From: Dehalococcoidia bacterium
Lineage (GTDB): Bacteria; Chloroflexota; Dehalococcoidia; Plut-88900
DNA: 64,000 nucleotides
NCBI GenBank assembly: GCA_965197645.1
Contig: OZ240219.1
Span: forward strand, 832,001-896,000
Reading direction: 5' to 3'
In this document: in pieces, positions 19,540 through 30,254 of the stretch
Layout: the number at the start of each line of letters is the position of its first letter
How positions within the stretch are numbered: the stretch's first letter is position 1
Program-made: the position numbers and the translations under genes
The notes under the pieces: model-generated
Told to the model about the DNA's origin: nothing
Database searches by the model: none
What the model saw: only the letters and a program-made list of their open reading frames with translations

Positions 19540-21072
19540 ATGGACATACCCATTTTCGTGTCCATCTTGAGTCTGATAGGGGCCGTTCTTCTTGGGGGAC
19601 TTACCGGATTTACTGTCAGGTACGTGGTTTTGGGCCAACGCCGACGAGCGGCAGAGGCCAAGGCTGCTGCCATAATCTCTGAAGCTGAGAATAGCCAGAA
19701 GGAGATACTGCTGGAAGCAAAAGAGGAGGCCATCCAGGCCCGCTCCGCAGTCGAGTCAGAGAACCGGGAACGCCGCAATGAGCTGAGACGACAGGAAAAC
19801 CGCCTCACCCAGAAAGAAGAGACCCTGGACCGCAAGGTGGACGGAGTTGAGCGCCGCCAACGCAATATGGCGGCAAAAGAGGAAGACCTTAAGAAACGAG
19901 CTCTAGAAACAGAAGAGCTGAGAGACCAGGAGCTGCAGAGGCTCGAGGAGATCAGCAGCCTATCCCTCCAAGAGGCCAATGACCGGCTGATGGCCCAGGC
20001 CGAAGATACCATCCAGGGAGAGGTAGATAGACGCCACTATGAGCTAGAGCAGGCCATGAAAGAGGAGGTCAAGGTTAAGGCCAGAAAGGCCATAGCCCTG
20101 GCCATTCAGCGCCTGACCAATGACGTAGTCTCCGAGACCACGTCGACCGTCGTCAGTCTCCCCAGCGACGATATGAAGGGCCGCCTGATCGGGCGGGAGG
20201 GCCGCAACATCAGGGCCCTGGAGAAGGCTACGGGGGTGGACCTGATCATAGACGACACCCCTGAGGCCGTCACCCTTTCCACCTTCGATCCCGTGCGCCG
20301 CGAGATTGCCCGTGTCGCTGTCTCCAACCTGGTGAGCGATGGACGCATCCATCCCGCTCGTATCGAGGAGATGGTCGTCAAGGCCAAAGTCGAGGTGGAG
20401 GAGTCCATCAAGACTTCCGGCGAAGAGGCGATGTACGACCTGGGTATTACTGGCTTTCATCCGGAGCTGGTGAAGCTGATTGGCCAGCTAAAGTTCCGGT
20501 TCAGCTATGGCCACAACATACTGAAGCACAGTGTCGAAGTGGCCCAGCTTGCCGGGATGATGGCCGGCGAGATTGGCGCAAACGCGGACATAGCGATGAA
20601 GGCCGGCCTTCTCCATGACATCGGCAAGGCATTGACCCACGAGGTCCAGGGCCCCCATGCCGAGATCGGCGCCGAGATAGCTCGGAAGTTCAAGATCCGG
20701 CCGGAGGTGGTGAAGGCGGTGGAGGAGCACCACGAGGAGGACAGGGTCAACGTCGAGGCGTTCATCGTGGCCGCGGCGGATGCGGTAAGCGGCGCTCGGC
20801 CGGGCTCCAGGCGCGACTCCGTAGAGAACTACATCAAGCGTCTTCAAGCCCTGGAGGGAGTGGCCAACAGCTTCGACGGCGTCGAGAAGTCCTATGCCAT
20901 CCAGGCTGGTCGCGAGATCAGGATCATGGTCAAGCCCCAGCAGATAGATGACGTCGCCGCCGCTCGCATGGCCCGAGAGGTGGCTAAGAAGATAGAGAAA
21001 GAGCTGGTCTATCCCGGCGAGTTGAAGGTAACGGTCATCCGGGAAACCAGGTCTATAGAAACAGCGCGGTAG
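19540..21072 (+). CDS. rny: Ribonuclease Y
   Basis: N-terminal TM helix, coiled coil, KH motif [15 protein letters not shown] motif [19 protein letters not shown] and [12 protein letters not shown]. Confidence 0.97.
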   Translation: MDIPIFVSILSLIGAVLLGGLTGFTVRYVVLGQRRRAAEAKAAAIISEAENSQKEILLEAKEEAIQARSAVESENRERRNELRRQENRLTQKEETLDRKVDGVERRQRNMAAKEEDLKKRALETEELRDQELQRLEEISSLSLQEANDRLMAQAEDTIQGEVDRRHYELEQAMKEEVKVKARKAIALAIQRLTNDVVSETTSTVVSLPSDDMKGRLIGREGRNIRALEKATGVDLIIDDTPEAVTLSTFDPVRREIARVAVSNLVSDGRIHPARIEEMVVKAKVEVEESIKTSGEEAMYDLGITGFHPELVKLIGQLKFRFSYGHNILKHSVEVAQLAGMMAGEIGANADIAMKAGLLHDIGKALTHEVQGPHAEIGAEIARKFKIRPEVVKAVEEHHEEDRVNVEAFIVAAADAVSGARPGSRRDSVENYIKRLQALEGVANSFDGVEKSYAIQAGREIRIMVKPQQIDDVAAARMAREVAKKIEKELVYPGELKVTVIRETRSIETAR

Positions 21073-21167
21073 GCCAGTCCTACGCCCGCTCACGGGTGGT
21101 ACTGCATCGAGTCATGAGGGACGGCACGGCGCGCAGACAAAGTCTGGAAGGGTAGTTTTACGGCAAA

Positions 21168-21935
21168 TTGCGCATCTTGATGATAGGCGATGTCGTCGGG
21201 AAACCCGGCAGGAGGGCCGTAAAGACATTCGTGCCCGAACTTCGCAAGGAACACAAAGTCGACTTTGTCATCGCCAACGGCGAGAACAGCGCCGGTGGCT
21301 ACGGTATCACCGTGGAGACGGCGGAGGAGCTGATCGGCGCCGGCGTGGACGTGATCACCACGGGCAACCACGTCTGGGACCAGAAGGAGATAATCCCGCA
21401 CCTGGATGGAGACCTGCCCCTTCTGCGGCCCATCAACTTCCCACCCGGTGAGCCGGGGCGAGGGTACATGACCAGCGGCAAGGTGATGGTGGTGAATCTC
21501 GTGGGCCGGGTGTTTATGGGCCAGTCCGATTGTCCCTTCCGAGCCATGGAGTCCCTCCTATCTTCGATGACCGACGTCCCTCCCATAGTGTTCCTAGACT
21601 TTCACACCGAGGCCACCTCTGAGATCGGGGCCATGGGCTGGTACATGGACGGGCGGGCCAGCGCTGTCGTTGGGACCCACACCCACGTGGGTACTGTGGA
21701 TGCCCAGATCCTTCCCAGGGGCACTGCGTTTCTGAGCGACGTTGGCATGGTGGGCCCCATTCAGGGCGTCATCGGAGACGACCCTCAGACCGTCCTGAGC
21801 CGCTTTCTCAGCGTCCGACATTCCCGTCTATCGGTGGCCAAGGGGCCGGTACGCTTCAACTCGGTCATGGTTGACGTCAACGACGCCGACGGGAAAGCCA
21901 CCTCGATCCAGCGCATCGACATGGAGATGGACTAG
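21168..21935 (+). CDS. ymdB: YmdB-like metallophosphoesterase (TIGR00282)
   Basis: GDVVG.PG, NGEN, GNH.WD, DFH.EATSE and GTHTHV motifs; follows rny. Confidence 0.93.
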   Translation: MRILMIGDVVGKPGRRAVKTFVPELRKEHKVDFVIANGENSAGGYGITVETAEELIGAGVDVITTGNHVWDQKEIIPHLDGDLPLLRPINFPPGEPGRGYMTSGKVMVVNLVGRVFMGQSDCPFRAMESLLSSMTDVPPIVFLDFHTEATSEIGAMGWYMDGRASAVVGTHTHVGTVDAQILPRGTAFLSDVGMVGPIQGVIGDDPQTVLSRFLSVRHSRLSVAKGPVRFNSVMVDVNDADGKATSIQRIDMEMD

Positions 21936-21938
21936 GCG

Positions 21939-22787
21939 ATGGCGGTAGACCTGCACAGCCACACCACCGAATCCGACGGCGTTTTGGAGCCAGAAGACCT
22001 GGTGGAGCTGGCCGTCAAGCAGGGTGTCGAGTACCTGGCCATTACCGACCACGACACCACTGACGGTCTGGATAGGGCCTTCGCCAAGGCTAGCGAATAT
22101 CCCTCCTTCACCGTGATACCCGGCATTGAGCTGGGCACCGACGTTCCCGGCGGCGAGATACACCTCCTTGGCTACTACATCGACTACAAGGACGCCGATT
22201 TTCAGGTCATTCTCAGCAAGTTTCGAGAGGGAAGGGTGGGCAGGGCTGCCAGCATGGTGGAGAAGCTGGCCGCGCTGGGCATGCCGTTGGAATGGAGCAG
22301 GGTGCAGGAGCTTGCGGGCGATGGCGCCATCGGCCGGCCCCACGTCGCCCAGGCGCTCGTGGAGAAGGGGTACATCAAGGACGTCCAGGAGGCTTTCGCA
22401 AAGTACATCGGTCGGGAGGGTCCCGCTTACGCCGAGAGGGATAAGCTGAGCCCTGCCGAAGCGGTGGAGATGGTAGTCGCCGTGGGCGGGCTTCCCGTCG
22501 TCGCTCATCCCGGCGAGATCGCCGGCCTGGACAACCTGTTGGCAGAGTTGAAGCAGGCGGGACTGGTGGGCATGGAGGTCTACTATGCTTACTACCCGGG
22601 CGACCTCGTCCGCCGTCTGAAACAGCTGGCAGATAAGCACGATCTAATACCGTGTGGCGGCAGCGATTATCACGGTGAGGGGCTTGCCTCAAGGACCGAT
22701 CTTGGCTCGGTAGATGTCCCGGTGGAGTCGGTGAAAAGGCTGATGGCCCTGTCCAAACAGCATCGGAGCAGAACGGGCCCGGCGTGA
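21939..22787 (+). CDS. PHP-domain phosphoesterase (YciV/TrpH-like)
   Basis: DLHSHT.ESDG, AITDHD, GRPHVA, AHP and GGSDYHG motifs. Confidence 0.93.
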   Translation: MAVDLHSHTTESDGVLEPEDLVELAVKQGVEYLAITDHDTTDGLDRAFAKASEYPSFTVIPGIELGTDVPGGEIHLLGYYIDYKDADFQVILSKFREGRVGRAASMVEKLAALGMPLEWSRVQELAGDGAIGRPHVAQALVEKGYIKDVQEAFAKYIGREGPAYAERDKLSPAEAVEMVVAVGGLPVVAHPGEIAGLDNLLAELKQAGLVGMEVYYAYYPGDLVRRLKQLADKHDLIPCGGSDYHGEGLASRTDLGSVDVPVESVKRLMALSKQHRSRTGPA

Positions 22788-23221
22788 TCCTCGATGCCCG
22801 GGCCATCCAGTCCATCATTCCCCACAGATGGCCCTTTCTTCTGGTAGACTGTATCGACGAGTTGGAGCCTGGGGTGAGAGCGGTGGGCGTCAAGAACGTC
22901 ACCATCAACGAGCCGTTCTTCCAGGGCCACTTTCCAGGTCACCCGATTATGCCCGGCGTCCTCATAGTCGAAGCTCTCGCCCAGGTGGGCTCGGTGGCCA
23001 TCCTGAGCAAAGAGGAGAACAAGGGGAAGGTGGGCTATTTCGCCGGTATAGACTCCTTCCGGTTTCGCAAGCCGGTACAGCCGGGGGACGTCCTGCGGCT
23101 GGAGGTGAGCCTCACCAGGGTGCGGGGTCCGGTGGGCAAAGGTTCGGCACGCGCCGAGGTTGACGGGCAGACCGTCGCCGAAGGGGAGCTCACCTTTGCT
23201 CTGGGGGACCTACCCGGCTAA
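22784..23221 (+). CDS. fabZ: 3-hydroxyacyl-ACP dehydratase
   Basis: [26 protein letters not shown] and [12 protein letters not shown] motifs. Confidence 0.97.
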   Translation: MILDARAIQSIIPHRWPFLLVDCIDELEPGVRAVGVKNVTINEPFFQGHFPGHPIMPGVLIVEALAQVGSVAILSKEENKGKVGYFAGIDSFRFRKPVQPGDVLRLEVSLTRVRGPVGKGSARAEVDGQTVAEGELTFALGDLPG

Positions 23222-23336
23222 TCTCTGGCGTGTCCAGGCTTCTACCCTCCTTCGTTTGGAATCGTTACAGCTTTCGGAGGCTCACTGGTTGACCGCGGAC
23301 ATCGAGCAAAACACCAGTCCAGCACCCGGCGGAGCC

Positions 23337-23843
23337 ATGCGGTGCGCAACCCACCCACAGACCGAGACCTACCTGTCCTGCGGCAGGTGCGATAAGCCCA
23401 TCTGCCCCCGGTGCCTGGTGCAGACTCCCGTAGGCGCCAAGTGCAAGAAGTGCGCCAACGTGAGGCCGGACCCTGTGTATCACATCTCGACCCCCTACCT
23501 GCTGAGGGCGGCGGCAGCCGCGGTGGGTCTGGCCGTGGGCGGAGGCATCCTGTGGGCCGTGCTGCGAGGGATCCCCTTGATATCCTTCTTTGCCGCCATC
23601 GGTGTCGGCATAGCTATAGGCGAGGGGATATCCTGGGCCACCAATCGCAAGCGGGGCCGGGGACTGCAGATCGTCGCTGCCGTCACGGTGGTGGCCAGCT
23701 ACTTCATGGGCCAGGTCTTCCGGGGCCTCTTCATACATAATCTGCCGGGAAGAATCCTGGACGACTACGTGCTTTCGGTGGACATCTTCATGCTGCTTGC
23801 GCTGGCCATTGGCGTTATGTACGCGGTGGGCCGCCTGAGGTGA
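23337..23843 (+). CDS. B-box-type Zn-finger membrane protein
   Basis: CATHP..ETYLSCGRCDKPICPRC...VG.KC..C followed by about four hydrophobic helices; ATG 23337 after GGAG. Confidence 0.8.
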   Translation: MRCATHPQTETYLSCGRCDKPICPRCLVQTPVGAKCKKCANVRPDPVYHISTPYLLRAAAAAVGLAVGGGILWAVLRGIPLISFFAAIGVGIAIGEGISWATNRKRGRGLQIVAAVTVVASYFMGQVFRGLFIHNLPGRILDDYVLSVDIFMLLALAIGVMYAVGRLR

Positions 23844-23926
23844 GCAGGGTATACTGAGGGAGAGAAGCCCCCACTATTCCTCGCATCGACCCTTCTCGAC
23901 TCTCGACTGGAACTGGAGCGAACGGT

Positions 23927-25159
23927 ATGAGCGAAAAAAGGGTCCTGAAAGCCGTAGATGCCAGGCATGATGAGATAGTCGAGTTCACCCGCCGGATCCT
24001 GAAGCTTCCCTCGGAAAATCCTCCCGGCAGTGAGCGGAGAGTGGCCGAGGCGATTAGGGACGTTGCCGAGCAGTATGGCCTGGGAAGGGTTGAGATGCCG
24101 GCCCGGGACGAGGAACGTCCCAGCGTGGTCATCACCCTGGAAGGCTCAGGTCCGGGGAAGACCCTCCTCTACAACGGCCACACCGACGTTGTCCTTGTCG
24201 GTGAGGACGAGCGGCTCCAGTGGAAGGCAGACCCCTACGCAGCCGAAATCATCGACGGCGAGATCTACGGCCGGGGAGCGGCCGATATGAAGGGCCCGGT
24301 TGCGTCCATGCTCTACGGGGCTATAGCCCTCAAGGAAGCAGGCTCGCCCTTTAACGGCAAGCTGGTCCTGGCCTTCACCGCCGACGAGGAGGAAGGGGGC
24401 TACTACGGCGCCCAGTACGTCTGCGAACAGGGCCTCGCTACCGCCGACGCCGCACTCATCGGCGAGCCATCCGGGATGGACTCGGGGTTCGACTACCTGG
24501 CAACCGCCTCCCGCGGCGCCACCTGTTTCAAGCTGGTGGTCCGGGGGACCCAGATGCACAGCAGCCAGTCCGACATCCGAGGCGCGGTCAACGCCGGCCT
24601 CAAGCTGGCCAAGGTGCTGCACAGGATGGAAGAGGAGCTGGTGATACACCACGAGCCTCATCCCCTCTATCCTCAAGGCCCCACCATAAACCTGGGGACC
24701 ACCCTGGAAGGCGGGGTCAACTACTGCATAATACCGGGCTACGCCGAGGCTACCAACGACATACGGGTCCACCCGGGCATGACCAGGGAGTCGGTAATGA
24801 GGGACCTGAACGACTTCCTGGACAAGCTCCGGAAGGAGGACCTCAAGCTGGACGTGGAACTGGCGCCCGATGTCCGCACCGGCTGGATAGCCCCGGCCGA
24901 GCTATCGAGCGGTCATCCCCTGGTGGAGACTATCCTGGACTCCACCGAGAGCGTACTGGGGTTTCGGCCCGAAACGGGCGGGTTCACCGGCGGCACCGAT
25001 GCTCAGCACTTCGAGGGGATTGCCGGCACGCCGACGATCTCGGCCTTCGGTCCCGGGCTACTGAAGCTGGCCCACGGCCCTAACGAGCGGGTCCCCGTCG
25101 AGGAACTGGTAGCCGGGGCCAAGATATACGCCGTCGCTGCGATGAGGTATCTGGGGTAG
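23927..25159 (+). CDS. M20 family metallo-amidohydrolase (ArgE/DapE-like deacylase)
   Basis: NGHTDVV, YGRGAADMKG, ADEEEG, GEPS, GGTDA and AHGPNE motifs. Confidence 0.92.
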   Translation: MSEKRVLKAVDARHDEIVEFTRRILKLPSENPPGSERRVAEAIRDVAEQYGLGRVEMPARDEERPSVVITLEGSGPGKTLLYNGHTDVVLVGEDERLQWKADPYAAEIIDGEIYGRGAADMKGPVASMLYGAIALKEAGSPFNGKLVLAFTADEEEGGYYGAQYVCEQGLATADAALIGEPSGMDSGFDYLATASRGATCFKLVVRGTQMHSSQSDIRGAVNAGLKLAKVLHRMEEELVIHHEPHPLYPQGPTINLGTTLEGGVNYCIIPGYAEATNDIRVHPGMTRESVMRDLNDFLDKLRKEDLKLDVELAPDVRTGWIAPAELSSGHPLVETILDSTESVLGFRPETGGFTGGTDAQHFEGIAGTPTISAFGPGLLKLAHGPNERVPVEELVAGAKIYAVAAMRYLG

Positions 25160-25302
25160 GGTTGTGCCCTTTACAGCTACTTCAAACGGGCAAGACGTCT
25201 TTGACCCACGACGTCCCAGATTGGTTTGCCCGCCCGCCCTGGATTGCATCCGCAGGCTCCCAACCCCCACGAAGGGGGTTTGTGGGATAGTCTAAGCGGA
25301 CT

Positions 25303-25426
25303 AGATTGCTTCGCTCCTCCCAACCCCTCAGGATGAACTCCCCCTCGCTCGCAATGACGACCACGGTTGGATTGAATCCACACCTTCGTCATTGCGGGCC
25401 CCGGCAGAGGCGGGGCGTGGCAATCT
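25303..25426. repeat. Family A REP-like doublet
   Basis: Same layout and spacer (GACCACGGTT.GATTG.ATCC..ACCTT) as 18477-18601; lies between convergent genes. Confidence 0.85.
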
Positions 25427-25439
25427 AGCGGGGGGGGGT

Positions 25440-26435
25440 CTATCGGAACCGGGGCATTACCTCCCTGGACAGGGTGCGGATCATGTCCACGAAGGAGTCC
25501 AGGTCCTCGGCCCAGCACCGCAACCCGATCATGGTGGCGCCCGATTCCTCGTAGGTCTCCACCCTCCTGCATAGCGTGTCCACCGAACCGATGAGGGACT
25601 CACTGAGGCCTTCCTCGAAGGAGAGGATCTCGGCCTCCAGGCTCTTGCGGGACTTCTGCTGGGCAACGGCGTCGTCTCCCACGTAGAGAGGAATGTAGGG
25701 CACAATCTCCATCTCGACATCCCCCCGCCCCTCCTCTTGGGCCAGCTGTTTGATCTCGGCCAGCCCTTCCTTGATCAGCCTCGGGTTTCCCTCGGGGACC
25801 CAGCCGTGACACCAGCGGGCCAGCCTTCTCAACGAAGGGCGGAACAGCTCCGCGCCACGAGGCTCGGGGTGATGGACGATGCCCCCGCCGTACAGGATGG
25901 GGATCTCGGGCACCCTGGGGTAGTAGGAGGCGTTGCGGAAGGAGATGGTCTCGCCCTGATAATCGACGTTGCCGCCCCGAAAGGCGGTTGTTAGCACGTC
26001 CAGGTACTCGTCGGTCAGCGCTATCCGGTCCATGTAGGGGATGTTCATAACCTGGAAATCGTTGTGATAGTCCCCCAGCCCCACGCCCAGCAGCAGCCGG
26101 CCCTTGGACAACGCCTGCAGGGTCATGGCCTGCCGAGCCAGCACCCTGGGATCCCGCAGGGGCAGCACCAGGACGGCGATGCCCAGCCTGACCCGCTCCG
26201 TGAACCCGGCCACCCATGTGAGAGTGGACAGCGACTCGTAGAAATCGGGCTCTATGCCCTCGGTCTGCTCGATGGTGCCCGAGGCCCGGTGCACGAACCA
26301 ATCGGTGTCGTAGGTGACGTGGTCATGCACCCACACCGTATCGTAACCCAGGTCTTCGGCCTCCAGAGCGATCCGCTTGATGGCATCGACGCCGGCCAGG
26401 GCGCCTGAATGGGGCAGCTTGATACCGAATTTCAT
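25440..26435 (-). CDS. Luciferase-like (LLM) flavin/F420-dependent oxidoreductase
   Basis: MKFGIKLP, AEDLGYDTVWVHDH, TERVRLG.AVLVLP.R.P and LS.GRL.LGVG.G motifs. Confidence 0.92.
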   Translation of the reverse strand: MKFGIKLPHSGALAGVDAIKRIALEAEDLGYDTVWVHDHVTYDTDWFVHRASGTIEQTEGIEPDFYESLSTLTWVAGFTERVRLGIAVLVLPLRDPRVLARQAMTLQALSKGRLLLGVGLGDYHNDFQVMNIPYMDRIALTDEYLDVLTTAFRGGNVDYQGETISFRNASYYPRVPEIPILYGGGIVHHPEPRGAELFRPSLRRLARWCHGWVPEGNPRLIKEGLAEIKQLAQEEGRGDVEMEIVPYIPLYVGDDAVAQQKSRKSLEAEILSFEEGLSESLIGSVDTLCRRVETYEESGATMIGLRCWAEDLDSFVDMIRTLSREVMPRFR

Positions 26436-26601
26436 GATTGCATCCTACTAGGCATGGGCCGACTATTGTGGGGGTATCTCACGAGACCGGATGTAGTTGC
26501 CCTAACCACCCACCCTCGGATGGTTTTGTAGTTGTGGGAACTTCCCCCATGCTCCCTGCCGGAGGGAAGTTTCTCACTGGACTCCCTTGCCCCACTGCCT
26601 C

Positions 26602-26725
26602 AGATTGCTTCGCTCTCGTCCACTCCCCTCAAGAACGCCCTCCTCGGTCGCAATGACGGTAACCGTTCGACCGAGTCCGTACCCTCGTCATTGCGAGCCT
26701 CGACAACGTCGGGGCGTGGCAATCT
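26602..26725. repeat. Family A REP-like doublet
   Basis: AGATTGCTTCGCTC...CGCAATGACG, spacer, then CGTCATTGCGAGCCTCGACAACGTCGGGGCGTGGCAATCT. Confidence 0.85.
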
Positions 26726-26742
26726 AGATTATATCGCCGGGG

Positions 26743-27903
26743 CTACTTCACGAACAGCTTTCTCTCGACGCCCTGGGTCAGTGTCTCGCAGCCGTCCTCG
26801 GTTACCAGGATAGTGTCGCTGCAAGCAATGGATCCCATCCCGGGCACCCGCACCCCGGGAATCAGGTGGAAGGTCATTCCTGCCTGCAGCGGCCGGGTTT
26901 CGCCCTTGGTGATGCTGATTATATGCCCTTCTCCCCAATCGGGGGCGAAGGCGATACCGATGGAGTAGGCCGCTCTCCGTTCCAGCTTGGAACCGAGATT
27001 GGCGTCATCCAGGCTCTCCCGCACCACCTCGAAGACGTCTCCGGCCGCCACGCCGGGCTTGATGCAGCTCTTGGCCTTGGCCAGGGTATCGACGACCACC
27101 TCCATGCCCCGGAGCATGACCTCCGGCGGCTCGCCGAGGTAGGCCTGACGCATGATGGCGGCGTGGTAGCGGTTGATGCAGCCGGGAATCTCGAAGAAGA
27201 CCACCTCGCCCTGCTCCAGCCCTCTCCGGTACCAGGAGGAGTGGGCCATGGTGGACCGCACACCGGAGGCGACGAACACGGGCAGGCCGGTATACTCGCT
27301 GCCGGCGAGGATCTGGGCGCGATGCACCTCGGCGGCCACTTCGTTCTCCGTAGCCCCGACCACCGCTGCCTCGATCCCGGCGAGGGTGCCCGCGTCGGCG
27401 GCTTTGCCTGCCTGGCGAATGTACTCGATCTCTCGGTCCGACTTGATGACCCTGCCCTCCTCGACCAGCCCGGAGCAGTCCACGAACTCGGTGTTGGGTA
27501 GGGCATCGGTCAGCCGGAGATAGTCCCTGGCGGTGAGGAACCACGAGCCATACTCCAGCCCGATTCGCTTACCGTCGAGGCCCAGATCGACGAGGGCGTC
27601 CTTGGTCTTTTCGACCCAGTCGTCGTGGTCCCGATAGGGGCGCCGGTCTTCCACCCACGAGAGGTGCTCAGCGTTGGCGTCCTCTATCAGCCGGGTGATG
27701 AACACGGGCTCCCTGTCCAGGGGAACGATGAGGGTCTGGTACCAGTAGTAGCCCGGGGTCTGGTAGCCGGTCAGGTAGCAGAGGTTCTCGGGAGTGTGGA
27801 TGAGCATGGCGTCGGCGCCCCTGGCCTGGATGCGGCGACGCAGGGCATCGAGGCGCTGCCGGTACTCATCGAGGCTGAAGTACTGCCAGGTGGCCGTCTT
27901 CAT
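26743..27903 (-). CDS. M24/creatinase-fold hydrolase, ectoine hydrolase (DoeA/EutD)-like, paralog 2
   Basis: FSLDEY..R, PENLCYLTGY, R.IKS..EI, FFEIPGCINRYH, YSIG..FAPDWGE and MTFH motifs. Confidence 0.85.
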   Translation of the reverse strand: MKTATWQYFSLDEYRQRLDALRRRIQARGADAMLIHTPENLCYLTGYQTPGYYWYQTLIVPLDREPVFITRLIEDANAEHLSWVEDRRPYRDHDDWVEKTKDALVDLGLDGKRIGLEYGSWFLTARDYLRLTDALPNTEFVDCSGLVEEGRVIKSDREIEYIRQAGKAADAGTLAGIEAAVVGATENEVAAEVHRAQILAGSEYTGLPVFVASGVRSTMAHSSWYRRGLEQGEVVFFEIPGCINRYHAAIMRQAYLGEPPEVMLRGMEVVVDTLAKAKSCIKPGVAAGDVFEVVRESLDDANLGSKLERRAAYSIGIAFAPDWGEGHIISITKGETRPLQAGMTFHLIPGVRVPGMGSIACSDTILVTEDGCETLTQGVERKLFVK

Positions 27904-27917
27904 TGCCCGCCTCCGGT

Positions 27918-29078
27918 CTAGTTGGAGAACAGCTTCCGTTCGATGTTGGGCGTTAGAGACTCGCAGCCCGTTTCGGTTACCAGGATCGTCTCGCTGACCC
28001 CCACGGAAGATAGGCCCGGTATGAACACCAGGGGGATCAGGTGGAAGGTCATGCCCGCTCTGAGCTCTCGTTGCTCGCCCTCTTTCATGCTTATGATGTA
28101 GCCCTCGCCCCAGTCCGGCGCGAACCCGATCCCGATGCTGTAAGCGGCCCGGTGGTCCATGGTGACGCCCAGGCCGGCGTCGTCGATGACCTTTCGGCAG
28201 TACTCATGGGCATCGTGGGCGGTAATGCCGGGCTTGATGAACTTGATGCTCTCCTCCAGGGCCTCCACCATCACATCGGTGGCCTTGACCATGCGCTCCG
28301 GCGGATCGCCCAAGTGGCAGTTGCGCATCAGGGCCGAGTGGTAGCGGTTGATGCATCCAGGTATCTCGAAGAACACGGTATCTCCGGCCTTCAGCGTCTC
28401 CCGGTACCATGTCACGTGGCCCAGGAAGGACCTTTCGCCGGCGGAGACGAAGCAGGGAAGCCCGGTGTACTCGCTGCCCGCCTTGATCTGGGCCTCGTGC
28501 ACCGCCGCAGCTACGTCGTTTTCCGACACCCCGACCTGACTGGCCGCTATCCCGGCAGCTATTCCCGCCTCTGCGGCGGCAGCCGCTTGCCGCATGTACT
28601 CCAGCTCCGCCTCCGACTTGATCATCCTGCCCTCCTCCACCAGCATGGAGCAGTCGACGAAGGTGGCGTCAGGGAGCATCTCCTGAAGTCTGTCGAAGTC
28701 GGAGATGGTGATGAACCAGGAGGACTTTTCGATGCCGATCCTCTTGTTGCCGAGACCGAGATCCTTGATAACGTCACTGGTCCTGGCGACCCAGTCTTCC
28801 GAGTCGCCGTAGGGCCTACGCTCCTCGACCCAGGTCAGGTGCTCGGCGTTGGAGTCTTCCAGCAGCCTGGTGATGATCACGGGCTCCCGGTCCAGGGGGA
28901 CGACGAGGGTCTGGTACCAGTAGTAGCCCGGGGTCTGGTAGCCGGTCAGATAGCACAGGTTCTCCGGGGTGTGGATGAGCATGGCATCGGCGCCTTTGGC
29001 CTGGACACGACGGCGCAGGGCGTCGAGACGCTGCTGGTACTCATCGAGGCTGAAGTACTGCCAGGTGGGATTCTTCAA
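27918..29078 (-). CDS. M24/creatinase-fold hydrolase, ectoine hydrolase (DoeA/EutD)-like, paralog 1
   Basis: Same motifs as paralog 2; TTG start at 29078 after AAAGGAGG gives 386 aa, the same length as its neighbour. Confidence 0.85.
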   Translation of the reverse strand: MKNPTWQYFSLDEYQQRLDALRRRVQAKGADAMLIHTPENLCYLTGYQTPGYYWYQTLVVPLDREPVIITRLLEDSNAEHLTWVEERRPYGDSEDWVARTSDVIKDLGLGNKRIGIEKSSWFITISDFDRLQEMLPDATFVDCSMLVEEGRMIKSEAELEYMRQAAAAAEAGIAAGIAASQVGVSENDVAAAVHEAQIKAGSEYTGLPCFVSAGERSFLGHVTWYRETLKAGDTVFFEIPGCINRYHSALMRNCHLGDPPERMVKATDVMVEALEESIKFIKPGITAHDAHEYCRKVIDDAGLGVTMDHRAAYSIGIGFAPDWGEGYIISMKEGEQRELRAGMTFHLIPLVFIPGLSSVGVSETILVTETGCESLTPNIERKLFSN

Positions 29079-29209
29079 TGGGGTCCTCCTTTCGGAACAC
29101 AAGGGCAGGAAAGACACAGCCACGGAAAGCTGAGGCTCCGGCGCCCGTGAGTATACCAGAACACCCCGAATGCTCACCAGGCGAGAAGAGGTGGGAAGAA
29201 GCCGGTCTG

Positions 29210-29998
29210 TCAGCTCTCCGGCATCCCGAAGAGCTGGACCCTTTGGGAGCGCATGTAGCGTTCGCTGAGGACGTTCAGCGCCAGGCGGGCCAGGGTGAAA
29301 TGCTCCGACAGGGTGCGAAACACGGGGCCGAGGCCGGGCTCGTGGGACTCCCTGGCCGCCAGCCCATAGAAGGTCTGACCCTCTCGCTCGTAGTCGTCCA
29401 TCGTGCGGCCCCTGGTGCGCCTCCTGGCCGGTCTAGCGGCGAAGTAGGTCGCCTGGTCGGGGAAAATGCCGGCGAGGAACAGAGCGATATCGGCGATGCG
29501 CTTGTAGTAGGCCGGCCGTATCTCGGGGTCGGCCTGATTGCAGAGGTGGATCATATCGTCCATGTCCACGTCGCTGAACTTGCGCCTGTGCAGCCTACCC
29601 CGCTCCATCCAGTAGGTGACGGTGCTCTGGGTCTTGGCGAAGGAGGATAGCATGTCTATCAGGTAGTCCCTGGCGCCCTCCTCGTCCAGAAGCTCGACCA
29701 CGTTGGGCGCCTCGAAGATGGGGATTCTCTGGCCGCGCAGACCCACCTCGTTGATGTAGGTCTCGTTCTCCAGCTCCCGGCGGATCTGGCGCATCAGAAC
29801 GGAGAACATCATGAAGGGCGAGATTCGAACGAAGGCCTCATCGTCGTTCATGATCCGGGTCACCAGCTTGGGGTCGTCGAGCATCTTGTCGAGGAAGTCA
29901 TCCTTATCCTTGATAAGCTCGATGACCCTCTCGCTGTCGGGCCGCCGGGTAGCGACCGTTTCCGCCAGGAAGTTGAGGTCGGCTGGGCTGAGCTTCAT
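29210..29998 (-). CDS. Hypothetical alpha-helical protein
   Basis: Long ORF with host-like codon usage. The track's 5' extension runs into a REP copy, so start is ATG 29998 or 30025. Confidence 0.75.
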   Translation of the reverse strand: MKLSPADLNFLAETVATRRPDSERVIELIKDKDDFLDKMLDDPKLVTRIMNDDEAFVRISPFMMFSVLMRQIRRELENETYINEVGLRGQRIPIFEAPNVVELLDEEGARDYLIDMLSSFAKTQSTVTYWMERGRLHRRKFSDVDMDDMIHLCNQADPEIRPAYYKRIADIALFLAGIFPDQATYFAARPARRRTRGRTMDDYEREGQTFYGLAARESHEPGLGPVFRTLSEHFTLARLALNVLSERYMRSQRVQLFGMPES

Positions 29999-30040
29999 CG
30001 CTAACGTGCTTCCGGTTTCAGGCATGTTGGTCACTGCTGA

Positions 30041-30117
30041 ATTGCCACGCCCCGACGTTGTCGGGGCTCGCAATGACAAGGGTACGGACTCGGTCTAAGT
30101 GAGTGCTCGCAATGACG
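30041..30117. repeat. Family A REP-like copy (reverse orientation) just 3' of the tRNA
   Basis: ATTGCCACGCCCCGACGTTGTCGGGGCTCGCAATGAC-AAGGGTACGGACTCGGTC closely matches the reverse complement of 26669-26723. Confidence 0.85.
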
Positions 30118-30128
30118 GTGGAAGATGG

Positions 30129-30203
30129 TGGAGCGGGCGATGGGATTCGAACCCACGACTTTTTGCTTGGGAAGCAAACACTCTACCACTGAGTTACGCC
30201 CGC
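30129..30203 (-). tRNA. tRNA-Gly (anticodon CCC)
   Basis: GCGGGCGTAACTCAGTGGTAGAG-TGTTTGCTT-CCC-AAGCAAA..GTGGGTTCGAATCCCAT-CGCCCGC-T-CCA; cloverleaf with encoded CCA and a U discriminator. Confidence 0.96.
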
Positions 30204-30215
30204 TCGGTAGAAGGG

Positions 30216-30245
30216 ATTCTAGCTATGCGCCGGCTGTCGTGTCAA
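30216..30245 (-). promoter_or_regulatory. Sigma70-type promoter of tRNA-Gly
   Basis: TTGACA(30245-30240)-N18-TAGAAT(30221-30216), 12 nt upstream of the tRNA. Confidence 0.7.
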
Positions 30246-30254
30246 GTTGGTGGT

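Noticed and set aside
30126-30131. tRNA-Gly gene ends in CCACCA
   Set aside because: The second CCA is most likely chance trailer sequence removed during processing; nothing supports a function.
29210-30203. tRNA-Gly as an integration site for an island
   Set aside because: I found no integrase or duplicated tRNA 3' end, and the downstream genes have host-like composition.
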